Below, piece after piece: positions 1 to 10,967 of a stretch of DNA of 32,000 nucleotides. Source of the DNA: Coprobacillaceae bacterium (GTDB lineage: Bacteria; Bacillota_I; Bacilli_A; Erysipelotrichales; Coprobacillaceae); assembly GCA_963675915.1 (NCBI GenBank), contig OY780959.1, positions 1,290,001-1,322,000 on the forward strand, read 5' to 3'. Both the position numbers and the translations under genes were made by a program. Position 1 is the first letter of the stretch, and each line of letters opens with the position of its first letter. The notes beneath the pieces are model-generated. The model was not told the DNA's origin. It saw only the letters and a program-made list of their open reading frames with translations, and ran no database searches.

Positions 1-299
1 CTGTAATATGCGTTGTACATCTTGATGCCCAGCTCCTTGGCTGCCGCCACATCAAAGTGGTCATACCCGATGGTTCTGGTCGCCACGAGCATGATGTTGT
101 ACTCTTTCATCTTTTCGAGCAACTCCCGGTCGATTTTGGAATACCCCAGGACCGAAACCCCGTCATAACCTTTGGCTAAATCCAAAGTATCCAGACTCAG
201 ATGTTCCCTGGTCAGCGTGATTTCATCGTCACTGGTGGATTGAACTTCTTCCAGGATGTCTTTTTCAAAGTCAGTCATATCATAAACATAAATTTTCAT
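1..299 (-). CDS. D-isomer-specific 2-hydroxyacid dehydrogenase (D-lactate dehydrogenase-like), N-terminal part; 3' end lies outside the window
   Basis: Reverse-strand frame is open to the window edge. ATG at 299-297 is preceded by GGGGAGA (311-318). My translation, MKIYVYDMTDFEKDILEEV...TIGYDHFDVAAAKELGIKMYNAYYS, matches the N-terminal pattern of D-LDH/2-hydroxyacid dehydrogenases (GYDHID..AAKE.GI...N.P.YS). Confidence 0.75.
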   Translation of the reverse strand, partial: MKIYVYDMTDFEKDILEEVQSTSDDEITLTREHLSLDTLDLAKGYDGVSVLGYSKIDRELLEKMKEYNIMLVATRTIGYDHFDVAAAKELGIKMYNAYY

Positions 300-551
300 T
301 TGTTCCCATTCTCCCCTATGTATTTTTAAATAGTACAAATATTCGATATTTTTATTTAGTCTATATCAAAATATCAACTCTATAGTTGGATTTTATACGA
401 ATTATAGGCATTTTTCAATCATTATTTCGGCTTATTTTCATGGCCCTGTCAAATCAGAGGACTTAAGTTACAGATAATCTTCCAAATGGCAAATTCAAAA
501 GTTCAATTTTGGGCTCTAATCAGATTAGCTCGCAAAAAAAGAGCAACCAGG

Positions 552-1808
552 TTACTCTTTTGTCTTACTTTTGAGATCTTCAATCAGATAATCAAGGATA
601 TTTTCCTGATACCCCGCCAACTGAGTCGTTGCAATCACATTTTTTACTCCTTGAAGCCGAGGCTCTGTAATTGCATTCAACTTGGCCAACGATTGTGGAG
701 TGATCCTATTTTGGGATAATGATTTTTGATATAACTCTAGCGTATAACCCCAGGGAATGATATTGTGGTGCCGTGCCAGTAATCTAGCACAGATACCAAG
801 TCCTTCAGGATCAAAATCACCGGAATAATAGATGGTGGTTTCCGGCGAAAGCAAATCAAGCAGTTTCAAACCCGCTACCTTGAGTTGCCCTGAAGTGCAA
901 ACTAGTGCGATGTTACTTGGAATCTTGGCGGCAATCATTGAAAAGACCATCTGGTTTTCGACCACGAATACCGGCCCCTTGGCTTGGGCCTGATCGACAT
1001 CTGCAAGATTGGCCAGGGTGACCACACAGTGCTGGTTGAGCTGGTTGAATCCGGCTACCCCCGGATGAACCGTTCCCTTGCTATATAGATTAATGCCGCG
1101 AATAACGACGCTGCTGGAAATATCATCGGGAATGATTCCGATTTCATAATAGAGACTGAGAATCTCCTCACTGGAAAAAGGAGGCTTTTGCTTCATTTCA
1201 AAAGCCAAAAAATTAATTAATATTTTCCCGGCGAGATTGGCCCGGTCGAAATAATGAGGGTCACCGGTAACCAGCGCCCCGATCAAAGCCAGACGCATTT
1301 GGGTGGTCTCCAGTTGATTGATTGCCCGGTCGATGCTTGTAATAATCAGTTCACACCGCTTTTTGTCTTCCCGGTATTGTCCTACCATCAATTTATAACC
1401 AAATGATTTGGTTTCAATCATTTGACTACACCAGTTGGCGACCCGAGGGTTTTTAAGCTGACTTTGCAGGCGTCCGAAAAATTGCTCCCGGGCAGCCTTT
1501 TGATTGATTCTAGTTTGCTTGTTGGTGACCAGTTTCGAGTCGAAATAGCCCTCCAATAAATCTTGGAGACTGACCCCGGAGAAGATGGTATCCTTGAGAC
1601 TTTCTTCAAAATGGGCCATCTTGAACCGAATCTCATCGGTGAAGTTGCGGTGGAGAAAGGATCCTAGCACCTTGAGTTCACCAGGTGTTGGATCTTTGAG
1701 GACGATATACCCGGCAATGCGGCCGTATTTTTCCCATTGAATCTTCATTTTCATGAAGATCCGGTTGAATTCCTGGTTGTTTTTGAAATACTCAATAGAT
1801 TCTTTCAT
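552..1808 (-). CDS. jetD: Wadjet type II JetD-like subunit (TIGR02679/DUF2399-like, Toprim nuclease subunit, MksG analogue)
   Basis: 418-aa ORF and last gene of the operon. Its ATG overlaps the jetC stop (ATGA at 1805-1808). The C-terminal half carries Toprim-type acidic motifs VFVVENQ and YYSGDFDPEG (E ... DxD). Size and position fit TIGR02679. Confidence 0.8.
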   Translation of the reverse strand: MKESIEYFKNNQEFNRIFMKMKIQWEKYGRIAGYIVLKDPTPGELKVLGSFLHRNFTDEIRFKMAHFEESLKDTIFSGVSLQDLLEGYFDSKLVTNKQTRINQKAAREQFFGRLQSQLKNPRVANWCSQMIETKSFGYKLMVGQYREDKKRCELIITSIDRAINQLETTQMRLALIGALVTGDPHYFDRANLAGKILINFLAFEMKQKPPFSSEEILSLYYEIGIIPDDISSSVVIRGINLYSKGTVHPGVAGFNQLNQHCVVTLANLADVDQAQAKGPVFVVENQMVFSMIAAKIPSNIALVCTSGQLKVAGLKLLDLLSPETTIYYSGDFDPEGLGICARLLARHHNIIPWGYTLELYQKSLSQNRITPQSLAKLNAITEPRLQGVKNVIATTQLAGYQENILDYLIEDLKSKTKE

Positions 1809-4800
1809 GACCCGACAAAGACCTTCTCTTTCCCGTCCCAGCGGTAATTGAGGATTGAGACGATGTCAGAATCAAGCGGTCGGTATAATTCGGTGATTGC
1901 CAAGGATTTAACCGAGCCATGGGTCCCCCAGAGATTCTGGGAATTCATGATGCAATCAAGATCAAGAGTTTCAACCAGTTCGAACATTGAACCGATATTC
2001 TCGCTGTCGACTCCGGCAAAAGCCTCGTCCATTGCAATGATTCTTGGATGGGTCTTCTTAGCGGCTTTAAGATACTGCGCGTTGACAGCCGTGAAAAGTG
2101 GCACATACATCGCCATCGCCTTTTCCCCTCCCGAAAGGACGTTGAAGCGTGAATTGGTCAGTTCCCGCTTGTTCTCGTTCTTGCGATATGAATATAAGCG
2201 GAATTCGTACCATTCCCGGTAGTCAAGGGCCCGTTTAACCAGATCGGCATAACTGTAATCATAGTCCTCGTTGTCTAGGTATTCCTGTTTGGCCAAATTG
2301 ATTCGGTTCCTGAAATATCGTGAAAGTTGCTGTTGGCGCTCGTAAGAAATAATGCTTTGGTCGACTTCAAGCAGTTTGACGACTTCCCCGGTTCCCAGGT
2401 CATCATCACCAAGTGCCGGTTTTGGTTTCCAGTCGAGTGAAAATGAAATCGCCGAGGTTGTCTGTAGATTCGCCATCAGTTTTGACATATCATTGACCCA
2501 CTGTTTGGAATCATTGATTTTCTCGATCAGTTTGCGAGCCAAGGTATCACTGAAGAATTTTTCAAACAGTTCCTTGTCCTTTTCTTCAATCAGATATTGG
2601 GTCTCATTGATATTGTGTTTGATCTGGTCGCGAAAATCGTAGAAATACATCCGCTGAGTCGAATACATCAAGGTGATCCGCCGTCTTTTTTCCAAAATAC
2701 CGACCGGATTTTCTTCAAAAACATCGACGATATTGATTCCATAGCTAGTCAGCGAAGACGAGTTCGAATTGCATGAATTATGAAGATCCTGGAGCATGTC
2801 GGCAGCACTTTTGGCTTTTTCAGACTCGTTGATTAAGTCACTTGCCTCTTTGAGTCGGGCTTTTTGGTCACTAGCCTTGAGATTGACAAGTTCTAATTGT
2901 TCCTCAAGTTCATAGATTCGCTTGGCCTCGTTATACAAGTGCTTTTTCTCGCTGATTGCGGCCTGGTCGCGCTCTAAATCATTTTTGATTACAGCCATCT
3001 CTAAATCCAAACCGTTGATTTTGGTTTGGGCCGCTTTGATCTTAGTAGCGTTATCAGCTACAAGTTGATCAATCTTATTGGCTCTTAGAGCCGCGTTTTT
3101 AAAATCAGGCTGGTTAAGATAGGCAGCGATAGTTTCAATCTGGGTTTTCAACTGGGCTATTTCCTCTTCAATCTTGTCAAGGGCGACTTGATAGTTGTCA
3201 GCCTGATTGTTGAAGACAGCGATGATGTCTTCAAGTGCCTGAAGATTGTTTTTGGCAGTAATCAAGTTGTTGACTTTCATATTCATCTCACGGAGATACC
3301 CACCATAAAATTCGAGATGGTCATAAACTTCCTCGAAGATATCCACCCGGTGATTGTAAGGCAAACCTCTAGTCAAGGTCATAATCCGGTTTTTCAGGGC
3401 CACCTTACTATCGAACTTTTTATTAAGTTGTAACTGGGTTTTGTTTTGCAAATCAGCCGTTGCCTGATATGCTCCTTCCAATTTGCGAATTTCGTTAGTA
3501 ATTTGATCTAGCCGGTTGAAATCAAGAAGACCTTGGTACTCCCGCTCAAGAACACTCTGCTCATTGGCGCATTCAGATAGCTTCTGGTCATATCCAGCCA
3601 TGATCCTGTCAAGTTCGCGCAACTGTTCCTGGAGTTTGGCAATCTGGTTTTCGCGGTTGCGTTTCCGTTGATTCACCCCCACATAGATTGACTCTTGAGC
3701 ATCGCTGACATAACCTTCAACCAAACCGTAACGATAATACCCATCCAAATCAAAACGAATTGCCTCGCTGTCATTATTGATTGAAGCGATAAAGCTAGTG
3801 ATTTCATCCTGGAAATCATGGTTATCGTCGCATTTAAAATAAGCTCTTTGCGCCGGTGTTGCTGAAATATCCACCAAGGCGCCCTCATTGTTTTTAAGCA
3901 ATTGTTTGGCCCGGTCATAGTCGGTACGAGCAACCACCAAAGCATCGATCAGATTGGTGGCTATCAGTTGACTTTCAAGAACACTCTTTTGCCTGTCGCT
4001 AAGATCGTCCTGGAATTCCAAGGCTTGATAGAGCGGCAAATAGGCGATTTTGGCCTTGGTTAATAACTGGCGCGATTTTTCTATCAGTTCACTATGGGGA
4101 TAACTGATTTCCTCGCGATTGATCAGATCGACAAGTTGTTGATTCAGTTCATTCTTATCTTTGGCAATAACCGCCTTTTCATGGGTAATCCGGTTGATTT
4201 TTAGATCAATCCCCCTTTCCTGATCGCGTTTCAATTCGCTTAATCGAGCGTCAATTTTCTTGAAATGGTCATAGCCCTGATAGTTTCTAATTATTTGTTC
4301 AAGTTCCTTGATTGCTTCATCAATCCTAAATACTTGATAATTGTCTCGGGCGAGATAATACTGGGTGACAATCCGATCCTTCTCATCTTCTAGCGTAGCG
4401 ACTTGATCATCTAGCTTTATCGTCAACTCTTCAAGTTGATAATTTAATTTGGCCAATTCCTCCTGGAGTTGGGAAATCTCATTTTCCAGTTCAGAAGCTT
4501 CAACCAAGGCCTTGTATGCCTGGAAGACCTGTTCACTTAATAATTTGAGATTGGCTTCAATCCGTTCCTGGCACAAGATGAAGTCGGCATAGTCACTGAG
4601 GTTTTCAATCTCGAGATGGCCTTCGAACTGAATAATCCGGTTGGAATCTTTCAAGTTGCTCACAATCTTGGAAATCTGATAGTCGATCTGGTCGGATTCA
4701 TCGCGGACCTGGTTTTTTTCAAGATACTTGCGATCCCGGTTTTCAACCGTACTTTGGTAGCTATCTAGTTGCTCCTGGCGGTATGTCTCCCGCTGTTCGA

Positions 4801-5836
4801 GTCGCGCTTTGGCACTTTGATAATTTTCTAGATATCTTTCAATATCCTCAATTGGCAGATTCTCCCGTTCAATTTTCAAGAGCTCATTTTCCTTGTCATA
4901 GCCTTCAATGTCAGTTTCGAGAGCAGTTTTAGTGGCCTCTTTGGTTTTCAATCCTGATTCCAGGGTGCTGATTTTGTTATCGAGAACCTGGTATTCACCC
5001 TGGTATTTCAAAAAGTTGCCGGCTTTTTTGGCGATGAAGTAGCGGTTGTAGTTGCTATATACCCGAGCAATATTGTCTAACGCTCGCTTGGTTTCCTTGA
5101 GTCCTTCTAGTTTGGTCTGCATGTCTTCGATTCTTTCCATCGACTCGACCATCGGAAGAATATCTTCATCCGCAAGGACTTGCAAGGTCTCATTGTAGAT
5201 CTCGTAGATCTTGGTCGGTTTGAATTCCTTCGACAATTTGGGAGCTCTGATTTTGATTAATAGATTGACAAACTGTTCATATTGTTCGATCTTTTTGAAA
5301 CCAAAGAGCCTCTTGTTGACTTCATGTTTGTATTCGTTTGAAGATTCGGTAAAGAAGTTTTCACTCCCGAGATGATCCCGGATTTCTTTTTTGTCGAGAA
5401 TCTGATATTGAGCACCATTTTTCTTCTTGAAATTGAAGTCGATTCCGACTCTGCGGTTGTCAGCGATGATCATTCCCCAAAAATCGATTCCCTTATTCTT
5501 GCGGGCCCGCTGACCGATTGCAATTGTCAAATATTGGCTGGAATCCTGCTTTTTGAATTCAAGCCAGATATAGCCGGTCGAATCGTCTTTGGCCCCATCA
5601 AGGAGGAAGTAATATTCCATTTTCCGGTCCCTTGAACCAAACGGGTCCAAGCGATGGGGTGCTCGGTTTCCATCAAGGATGAAGGGAATGAACGACTGGG
5701 TCGTAATCGATTTGCCCGATCCATTTTGGCCTCTTATCAATAATTTTCCATTAGCGAAATTGAATTCCTGATCATCGAAATACCAGAAATTAACCAATCC
5801 CATCCGATGCATTTGCCATCTATTTTTCATCTTCAT
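1805..5836 (-). CDS. jetC: Wadjet type II JetC-like SMC/Rad50-family ABC ATPase (TIGR02680-like, MksB analogue)
   Basis: 1343-aa ORF. Walker A GQNGSGKS is at aa 36-43 (nt 5708-5731, checked on the sequence). The central region is hundreds of residues of charged, heptad-like sequence rich in E/K/L/Q (coiled-coil arms). The C-terminus has the LSGGEKAMAMYVPLF signature motif and RIIAMDEAFAGVD Walker B/D-loop. Confidence 0.88.
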   Translation of the reverse strand: MKMKNRWQMHRMGLVNFWYFDDQEFNFANGKLLIRGQNGSGKSITTQSFIPFILDGNRAPHRLDPFGSRDRKMEYYFLLDGAKDDSTGYIWLEFKKQDSSQYLTIAIGQRARKNKGIDFWGMIIADNRRVGIDFNFKKKNGAQYQILDKKEIRDHLGSENFFTESSNEYKHEVNKRLFGFKKIEQYEQFVNLLIKIRAPKLSKEFKPTKIYEIYNETLQVLADEDILPMVESMERIEDMQTKLEGLKETKRALDNIARVYSNYNRYFIAKKAGNFLKYQGEYQVLDNKISTLESGLKTKEATKTALETDIEGYDKENELLKIERENLPIEDIERYLENYQSAKARLEQRETYRQEQLDSYQSTVENRDRKYLEKNQVRDESDQIDYQISKIVSNLKDSNRIIQFEGHLEIENLSDYADFILCQERIEANLKLLSEQVFQAYKALVEASELENEISQLQEELAKLNYQLEELTIKLDDQVATLEDEKDRIVTQYYLARDNYQVFRIDEAIKELEQIIRNYQGYDHFKKIDARLSELKRDQERGIDLKINRITHEKAVIAKDKNELNQQLVDLINREEISYPHSELIEKSRQLLTKAKIAYLPLYQALEFQDDLSDRQKSVLESQLIATNLIDALVVARTDYDRAKQLLKNNEGALVDISATPAQRAYFKCDDNHDFQDEITSFIASINNDSEAIRFDLDGYYRYGLVEGYVSDAQESIYVGVNQRKRNRENQIAKLQEQLRELDRIMAGYDQKLSECANEQSVLEREYQGLLDFNRLDQITNEIRKLEGAYQATADLQNKTQLQLNKKFDSKVALKNRIMTLTRGLPYNHRVDIFEEVYDHLEFYGGYLREMNMKVNNLITAKNNLQALEDIIAVFNNQADNYQVALDKIEEEIAQLKTQIETIAAYLNQPDFKNAALRANKIDQLVADNATKIKAAQTKINGLDLEMAVIKNDLERDQAAISEKKHLYNEAKRIYELEEQLELVNLKASDQKARLKEASDLINESEKAKSAADMLQDLHNSCNSNSSSLTSYGINIVDVFEENPVGILEKRRRITLMYSTQRMYFYDFRDQIKHNINETQYLIEEKDKELFEKFFSDTLARKLIEKINDSKQWVNDMSKLMANLQTTSAISFSLDWKPKPALGDDDLGTGEVVKLLEVDQSIISYERQQQLSRYFRNRINLAKQEYLDNEDYDYSYADLVKRALDYREWYEFRLYSYRKNENKRELTNSRFNVLSGGEKAMAMYVPLFTAVNAQYLKAAKKTHPRIIAMDEAFAGVDSENIGSMFELVETLDLDCIMNSQNLWGTHGSVKSLAITELYRPLDSDIVSILNYRWDGKEKVFVGS

Positions 5837-6956
5837 ACTCCTTATAATCTTTTGGGAAAACCCCGCCGGTTAGCGCCATCGCTGCTTGAATCAAGACCAG
5901 CTCTCTTTCAATTTTCACCATACCCCACTCAATCAGGTATTCAAGCACTTTATCAATGACAATCTTAAGATCCATATTCCGGTATTCGCTAGAAAGACCC
6001 GAATAATGCTGCTGATAAGCGGCCGTGATAATTGCCTTGAAATTATCACGATCAGTGATGATCACATCATTGTTTTGCAGCGTTAGCTCACCTTGATGAT
6101 ACAAATCGACAACCTTCTTGGATACAAACAAAACCAGTGCTGAGATGGTCTTGCCCCCAGGATGAGTCGTCCCGAATCTGTCCTCATGATTGACCATCAA
6201 ATAGGCTGAATTCTTGTATACCTGAAGCTGACCGCCAAGATATTTGTCAAGGTTGCGTTGGATGTTGAAACGCTGATTCTTGATATATTTGGCATCGGCA
6301 TCATGAATATTATCCCAGGTGACCCCGGGACTGGTGACAAGTTCCTTGTAGACCCGATTGACCCGATTGCGGCCGATGTCATATTCCAGTCCTTCATCGA
6401 GGCGTTCGAAATCTTCAAGTGAGTTATAATCTTTGGCCTCACCATTGAGATTGACCGTGAAGTACTTCGACAACCCAGTATTTTCGTACAAGACCTCGTT
6501 GGTGATATCCTGCTTGATGGCATCGAGTGAACCATCAGTGATTTTGTACAACCGTTTGGCAACACAATATTCCATCACTCGCACCAGCGATCTTCGCTTG
6601 GCGTATTTGGTCCAATCCAATTCGCCATACGGTTCAAGAATCATTGTGATTGCCTCGACATATTGGGAAAAGAGGAATTGCTCATGGGTCTGCTTGTCTT
6701 CAAGATAGATCAGACTCGCCAACAAAATCAAATAATCGTCGACTTCAGTGAATTCATGGATCCCCATGAAACTTTTGGCCTTGGCCGGAGTTTTTTCAAT
6801 CTTGATAATCTCATCATTGGCAATCAACCGCCAGCCGATCTGATCAGTGATGAATTTTTGGTAATTCTTCAATTCCCGTTTCATCGCATTGAATTTCTTG
6901 ACATCGTCGCTTTTGACAACCCAGAAATTCTCCAATAGTTCTTTTGTAATCATCAT
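5820..6956 (-). CDS. jetB: Wadjet type II JetB-like subunit (TIGR02678/DUF2398-like, MksE analogue)
   Basis: The ORF track starts at 7010. An internal ATG at 6956-6954 shares one nucleotide with the jetA TGA stop (TGATG), giving MMITKELLENFWV... and 378 aa, so I prefer this coupled start. The 3' end overlaps the jetC start by 17 nt. There is no catalytic motif; the call rests on size and its position between the A and C subunits. Confidence 0.7.
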   Translation of the reverse strand: MMITKELLENFWVVKSDDVKKFNAMKRELKNYQKFITDQIGWRLIANDEIIKIEKTPAKAKSFMGIHEFTEVDDYLILLASLIYLEDKQTHEQFLFSQYVEAITMILEPYGELDWTKYAKRRSLVRVMEYCVAKRLYKITDGSLDAIKQDITNEVLYENTGLSKYFTVNLNGEAKDYNSLEDFERLDEGLEYDIGRNRVNRVYKELVTSPGVTWDNIHDADAKYIKNQRFNIQRNLDKYLGGQLQVYKNSAYLMVNHEDRFGTTHPGGKTISALVLFVSKKVVDLYHQGELTLQNNDVIITDRDNFKAIITAAYQQHYSGLSSEYRNMDLKIVIDKVLEYLIEWGMVKIERELVLIQAAMALTGGVFPKDYKEYEDEK

Positions 6957-8422
6957 CAATCCTCGAACTCCAAAATCATCCACGGCATTGTCAAATCGCC
7001 ATCGGTGCATCTAAGAGTTATCCTTTCATCTTTTCCGGTCAGTTTGAATCTTTTACCGTATTCGGTAACCCCGACCTTGTCACTAGTGCCATTGGCGCTA
7101 GCCACCCATGACAGCAGCAACATCCGAATATCCGGAGTTAGTACTTCATCGATTTCCTTGAAATCAATCCGCTTGCTTTTAATGAATTTGGCGGCAATCT
7201 TGAATTGATGGTCGATTTCTTCCTGGCGCTTTAGCTTTTGGATTTCCTTTTCCATCTGCCGATCGGCAATCAAACAGCGAGTCTTTTTGATCCGGTATTT
7301 CCGGGTTGTCGGTTTGATTTCGATTATCTGTTGTTGCTGTTCAAATGAAGAAAGACTGATACTCTCACTTTGTTTATCCTCGTAGGCCATAAGATGGTAA
7401 AGATTGTGGATTCCAAAAATATGGGCACCATAACAATGAGCCTGATTGATTTCACTAATTTCACTGAATAATTTGAGATAATGGCGGTAGTCATCCTTTT
7501 TGGAGATGATTCCCTCATGATAATCGACAATCATTCCGGCATTCTGGATGATTTTATGAATAATATGATTGGTCCGATCCATAATCACATCGACCTCGCG
7601 TTGACGGTTAGCGGCGGAAACAAACCATTTCTTCAACTCCTGAAACTTTCCTTGGACATCGTTAGCGATATCCTGTTCTAAGCTACTGGCAATTTCGTTT
7701 AGGGAAGAGGGATTATTCTTTTGGAGCGTGACGATTCGTTCAAGCAGGGCATCCACATAACTATCATCAAGTTTGGAAAAAACAATTTCAAATTCGATTG
7801 CATACTTTTGGAGTTGACCGACGAAGTCACGCAGCATTTTCAAGAAATACTCCTTGTACTTTAAAAACTCTAGCGACTGCATCAGTTTCTGGGTCCGGTC
7901 CGAATAGAAATCTCGGAGGTAGTCACTATAATCCATATTAAGGGCATGGAAATCTCCACAAATAAAATCCCACCACTCGAGGATGTGGGTTTCATCATGG
8001 TCAAGAACGGTATCAATTCGAGCGAATTCCTGGTAGAGCCGTTTGAGATACCCGATTGTAGAGGCATTTCTTTTGACCACCAAGTTTTCAAGTTTGACTG
8101 TCATCCGCTCGATTTCGACTGCCACATCGGTAATCGAATAGCGGAATTTTCGGGCCTTGAACTCCTCGATGGTATTGACCTGGCGGACATCCTGGACCGC
8201 AATCAAATTACCCCACTTGACCAGAGCATCCAAGGCATTTTTGATCCCATCCTCGTCAAAGTCGAGATCATCATAGTCGTCGAGCTTTTCAATTACGTCA
8301 TCCATATACAAATGATAATTGTACTTATTTGACTCCAGGTAGAAAACCCGCATAATCAGCCGATATATTTGATAGTTTTGCGCCGTCAGATACGCCGTCT
8401 CATTTATCATTTCAATTGCCAT
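6956..8422 (-). CDS. jetA: Wadjet type II JetA-like subunit (TIGR02677/DUF2397-like, MksF/kleisin analogue)
   Basis: 488-aa ORF and first gene of the operon. GGAGGT SD (8433-8428) lies 5 nt before ATG 8422. The N-terminus AYLTAQNYQIYRLIMRVFY resembles the conserved start of DUF2397 proteins as I recall it. The call rests mainly on operon architecture. Confidence 0.7.
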   Translation of the reverse strand: MAIEMINETAYLTAQNYQIYRLIMRVFYLESNKYNYHLYMDDVIEKLDDYDDLDFDEDGIKNALDALVKWGNLIAVQDVRQVNTIEEFKARKFRYSITDVAVEIERMTVKLENLVVKRNASTIGYLKRLYQEFARIDTVLDHDETHILEWWDFICGDFHALNMDYSDYLRDFYSDRTQKLMQSLEFLKYKEYFLKMLRDFVGQLQKYAIEFEIVFSKLDDSYVDALLERIVTLQKNNPSSLNEIASSLEQDIANDVQGKFQELKKWFVSAANRQREVDVIMDRTNHIIHKIIQNAGMIVDYHEGIISKKDDYRHYLKLFSEISEINQAHCYGAHIFGIHNLYHLMAYEDKQSESISLSSFEQQQQIIEIKPTTRKYRIKKTRCLIADRQMEKEIQKLKRQEEIDHQFKIAAKFIKSKRIDFKEIDEVLTPDIRMLLLSWVASANGTSDKVGVTEYGKRFKLTGKDERITLRCTDGDLTMPWMILEFED

Positions 8423-8448
8423 AAATTACCTCCAGATACTTAATATAA

Positions 8449-8477
8449 ATTTTATCATAGATTGTGGTCGATTTCAT
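8449..8477 (-). promoter_or_regulatory. Candidate sigma-A promoter of the jetABCD operon (ATGAAA-17 bp-TGaTAAAAT)
   Basis: On the minus strand: -35 ATGAAA (8477-8472), a 17-nt spacer, and an extended -10 TGATAAAAT (8457-8449). It lies about 27 nt upstream of the jetA ATG. Found by hexamer matching only. Confidence 0.4.
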
Positions 8478-8525
8478 CATCACGATAAAAAAACGTCAAA
8501 CGACGGTTGTAATTTTAAAATATCA

Positions 8526-9212
8526 TTACATGAACAGACATAATAACAGCGGCATGAACATCGCCGGCAGGTAATTCATCAATTTAAGTTTGGTTATCCC
8601 CAGCAGATTCAAACCGGTTCCAATCAAAATGATCGATCCGGCACAGGTCATTTCGTTGATGGTTCCCATCGCCAACAGCGGTGCAGCCAAAAACGCCATC
8701 AGAGTGATTCCGCCCTGGAAAACAGCCACGAAGATCACTGAAAACAGGACCCCGATTCCCAGAGTCGAAGCAAAGACAATCGAGGAAGTGAAATCCAAAG
8801 TCGACTTGGTCAGCAGCATCGACTGGTCATTGTAGACTCCCGCATTCAGTGCTCCCACCAGGGTCATCGAACCGATGCAAAACAGCAGACTGGCCGTGAT
8901 GAAGCCCTGCGCCAATGAGTGCCGCCCTTGGGCTTTGGAAAACCGATTTTCCACCCTGCTTAGCAGATTGGCAAAATGCCGGTCAATATCGATAGCTTCG
9001 CCGATCAAAACACCGATAACCAGGGAAAGGACCATGATCATCGGATTTTCCCCTTTGAAAGCCCCCTGGACTCCGATGAAAATCGTGCACAGTCCCAAGG
9101 CTTTCATCAATTGGTTGGTAATCCGCTTGGGGATGACCTTGTTGAAAGTCAGACCGATGGTGCTTCCCACCGCCACCGCAATGCAATTTATAATTGTCCC
9201 GATAAACATCAT
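8526..9212 (-). CDS. DUF554 family integral membrane protein (YqgA/YdfK-like)
   Basis: 228 aa and highly hydrophobic. The start MMFIGTIINCIAVAVGSTIGL...IPKR and its size are typical of DUF554. GGGGGA SD lies upstream of the ATG. Confidence 0.8.
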   Translation of the reverse strand: MMFIGTIINCIAVAVGSTIGLTFNKVIPKRITNQLMKALGLCTIFIGVQGAFKGENPMIMVLSLVIGVLIGEAIDIDRHFANLLSRVENRFSKAQGRHSLAQGFITASLLFCIGSMTLVGALNAGVYNDQSMLLTKSTLDFTSSIVFASTLGIGVLFSVIFVAVFQGGITLMAFLAAPLLAMGTINEMTCAGSIILIGTGLNLLGITKLKLMNYLPAMFMPLLLCLFM

Positions 9213-9319
9213 TCGAATTTCCCCCTGCTTGATCCGGTCTCACTAGTGTGAGGTCGATTTTTTCTCTATTTCCAATTATATTAGCTAAGCGAGATTTGTC
9301 AACAGCAACTCAAAAGACG

Positions 9320-9348
9320 TAAAAAAGGAAGCGAATTGTCGCTTCCTT
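9320..9348 (-). terminator. Rho-independent terminator downstream of the 6-phospho-beta-glucosidase gene
   Basis: Perfect 9-bp stem AGGAAGCGA / TCGCTTCCT (9326-9334 / 9339-9347) with a 4-nt loop, followed on the minus strand by a T6 run (9321-9326). Confidence 0.85.
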
Positions 9349-9361
9349 GGTGATTATGATC

Positions 9362-10819
<1,458 letters not shown>

Positions 10820-10924
10820 TCAAAAATTAACCAGCCGGATTGTTTTATCAGTTTTAATTTATCATTCAAACGAATCCTGTTCAATTCGAAAAGGCCAAAT
10901 AAACAAAGTCGAAATTTTATTTCA

Positions 10925-10947
10925 TCAAAAAGGGCTGATTCAGCCCC
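10925..10947 (-). terminator. Rho-independent terminator downstream of the RpiR-family gene
   Basis: Stem GGGCTG / CAGCCC (10932-10937 / 10941-10946) with a 3-nt loop, followed on the minus strand by TTTTT. Confidence 0.6.
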
Positions 10948-10967
10948 AAACGTGAAATATTGTGAAA

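Noticed and set aside
486-719. 77-aa plus-strand ORF overlapping the 3' end of jetD.
   Set aside because: It has no SD and implausible sequence, and it mostly overlaps jetD antisense. I also found no convincing terminator for jetD in 300-551: only a 6-bp palindrome CTAATC-A-GATTAG whose loop is too short to form a hairpin.
5820-7010. Longer version of the jetB-like ORF starting at 7010 (MHRWRFDNAVDD...).
   Set aside because: It would overlap jetA by 55 nt in another frame and has no SD. ATG 6956 forms a TGATG stop/start junction typical of coupled operons. I kept 6956, though this has not been proven.
552-8422. Possibility that the jet-like cluster is the pbeABCD module of a Dnd (phosphorothioate) defence system.
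   Set aside because: No dndA-E, dptF-H or sspA-E-like genes occur anywhere in the 32-kb window. The flanking genes are housekeeping.
8487-8505. Possible terminator after the DUF554 gene (CGTC-AAAC-GACG followed by T7 on the minus strand).
   Set aside because: The stem is only 4 bp and too weak to call. Read-through into the jet operon cannot be excluded.
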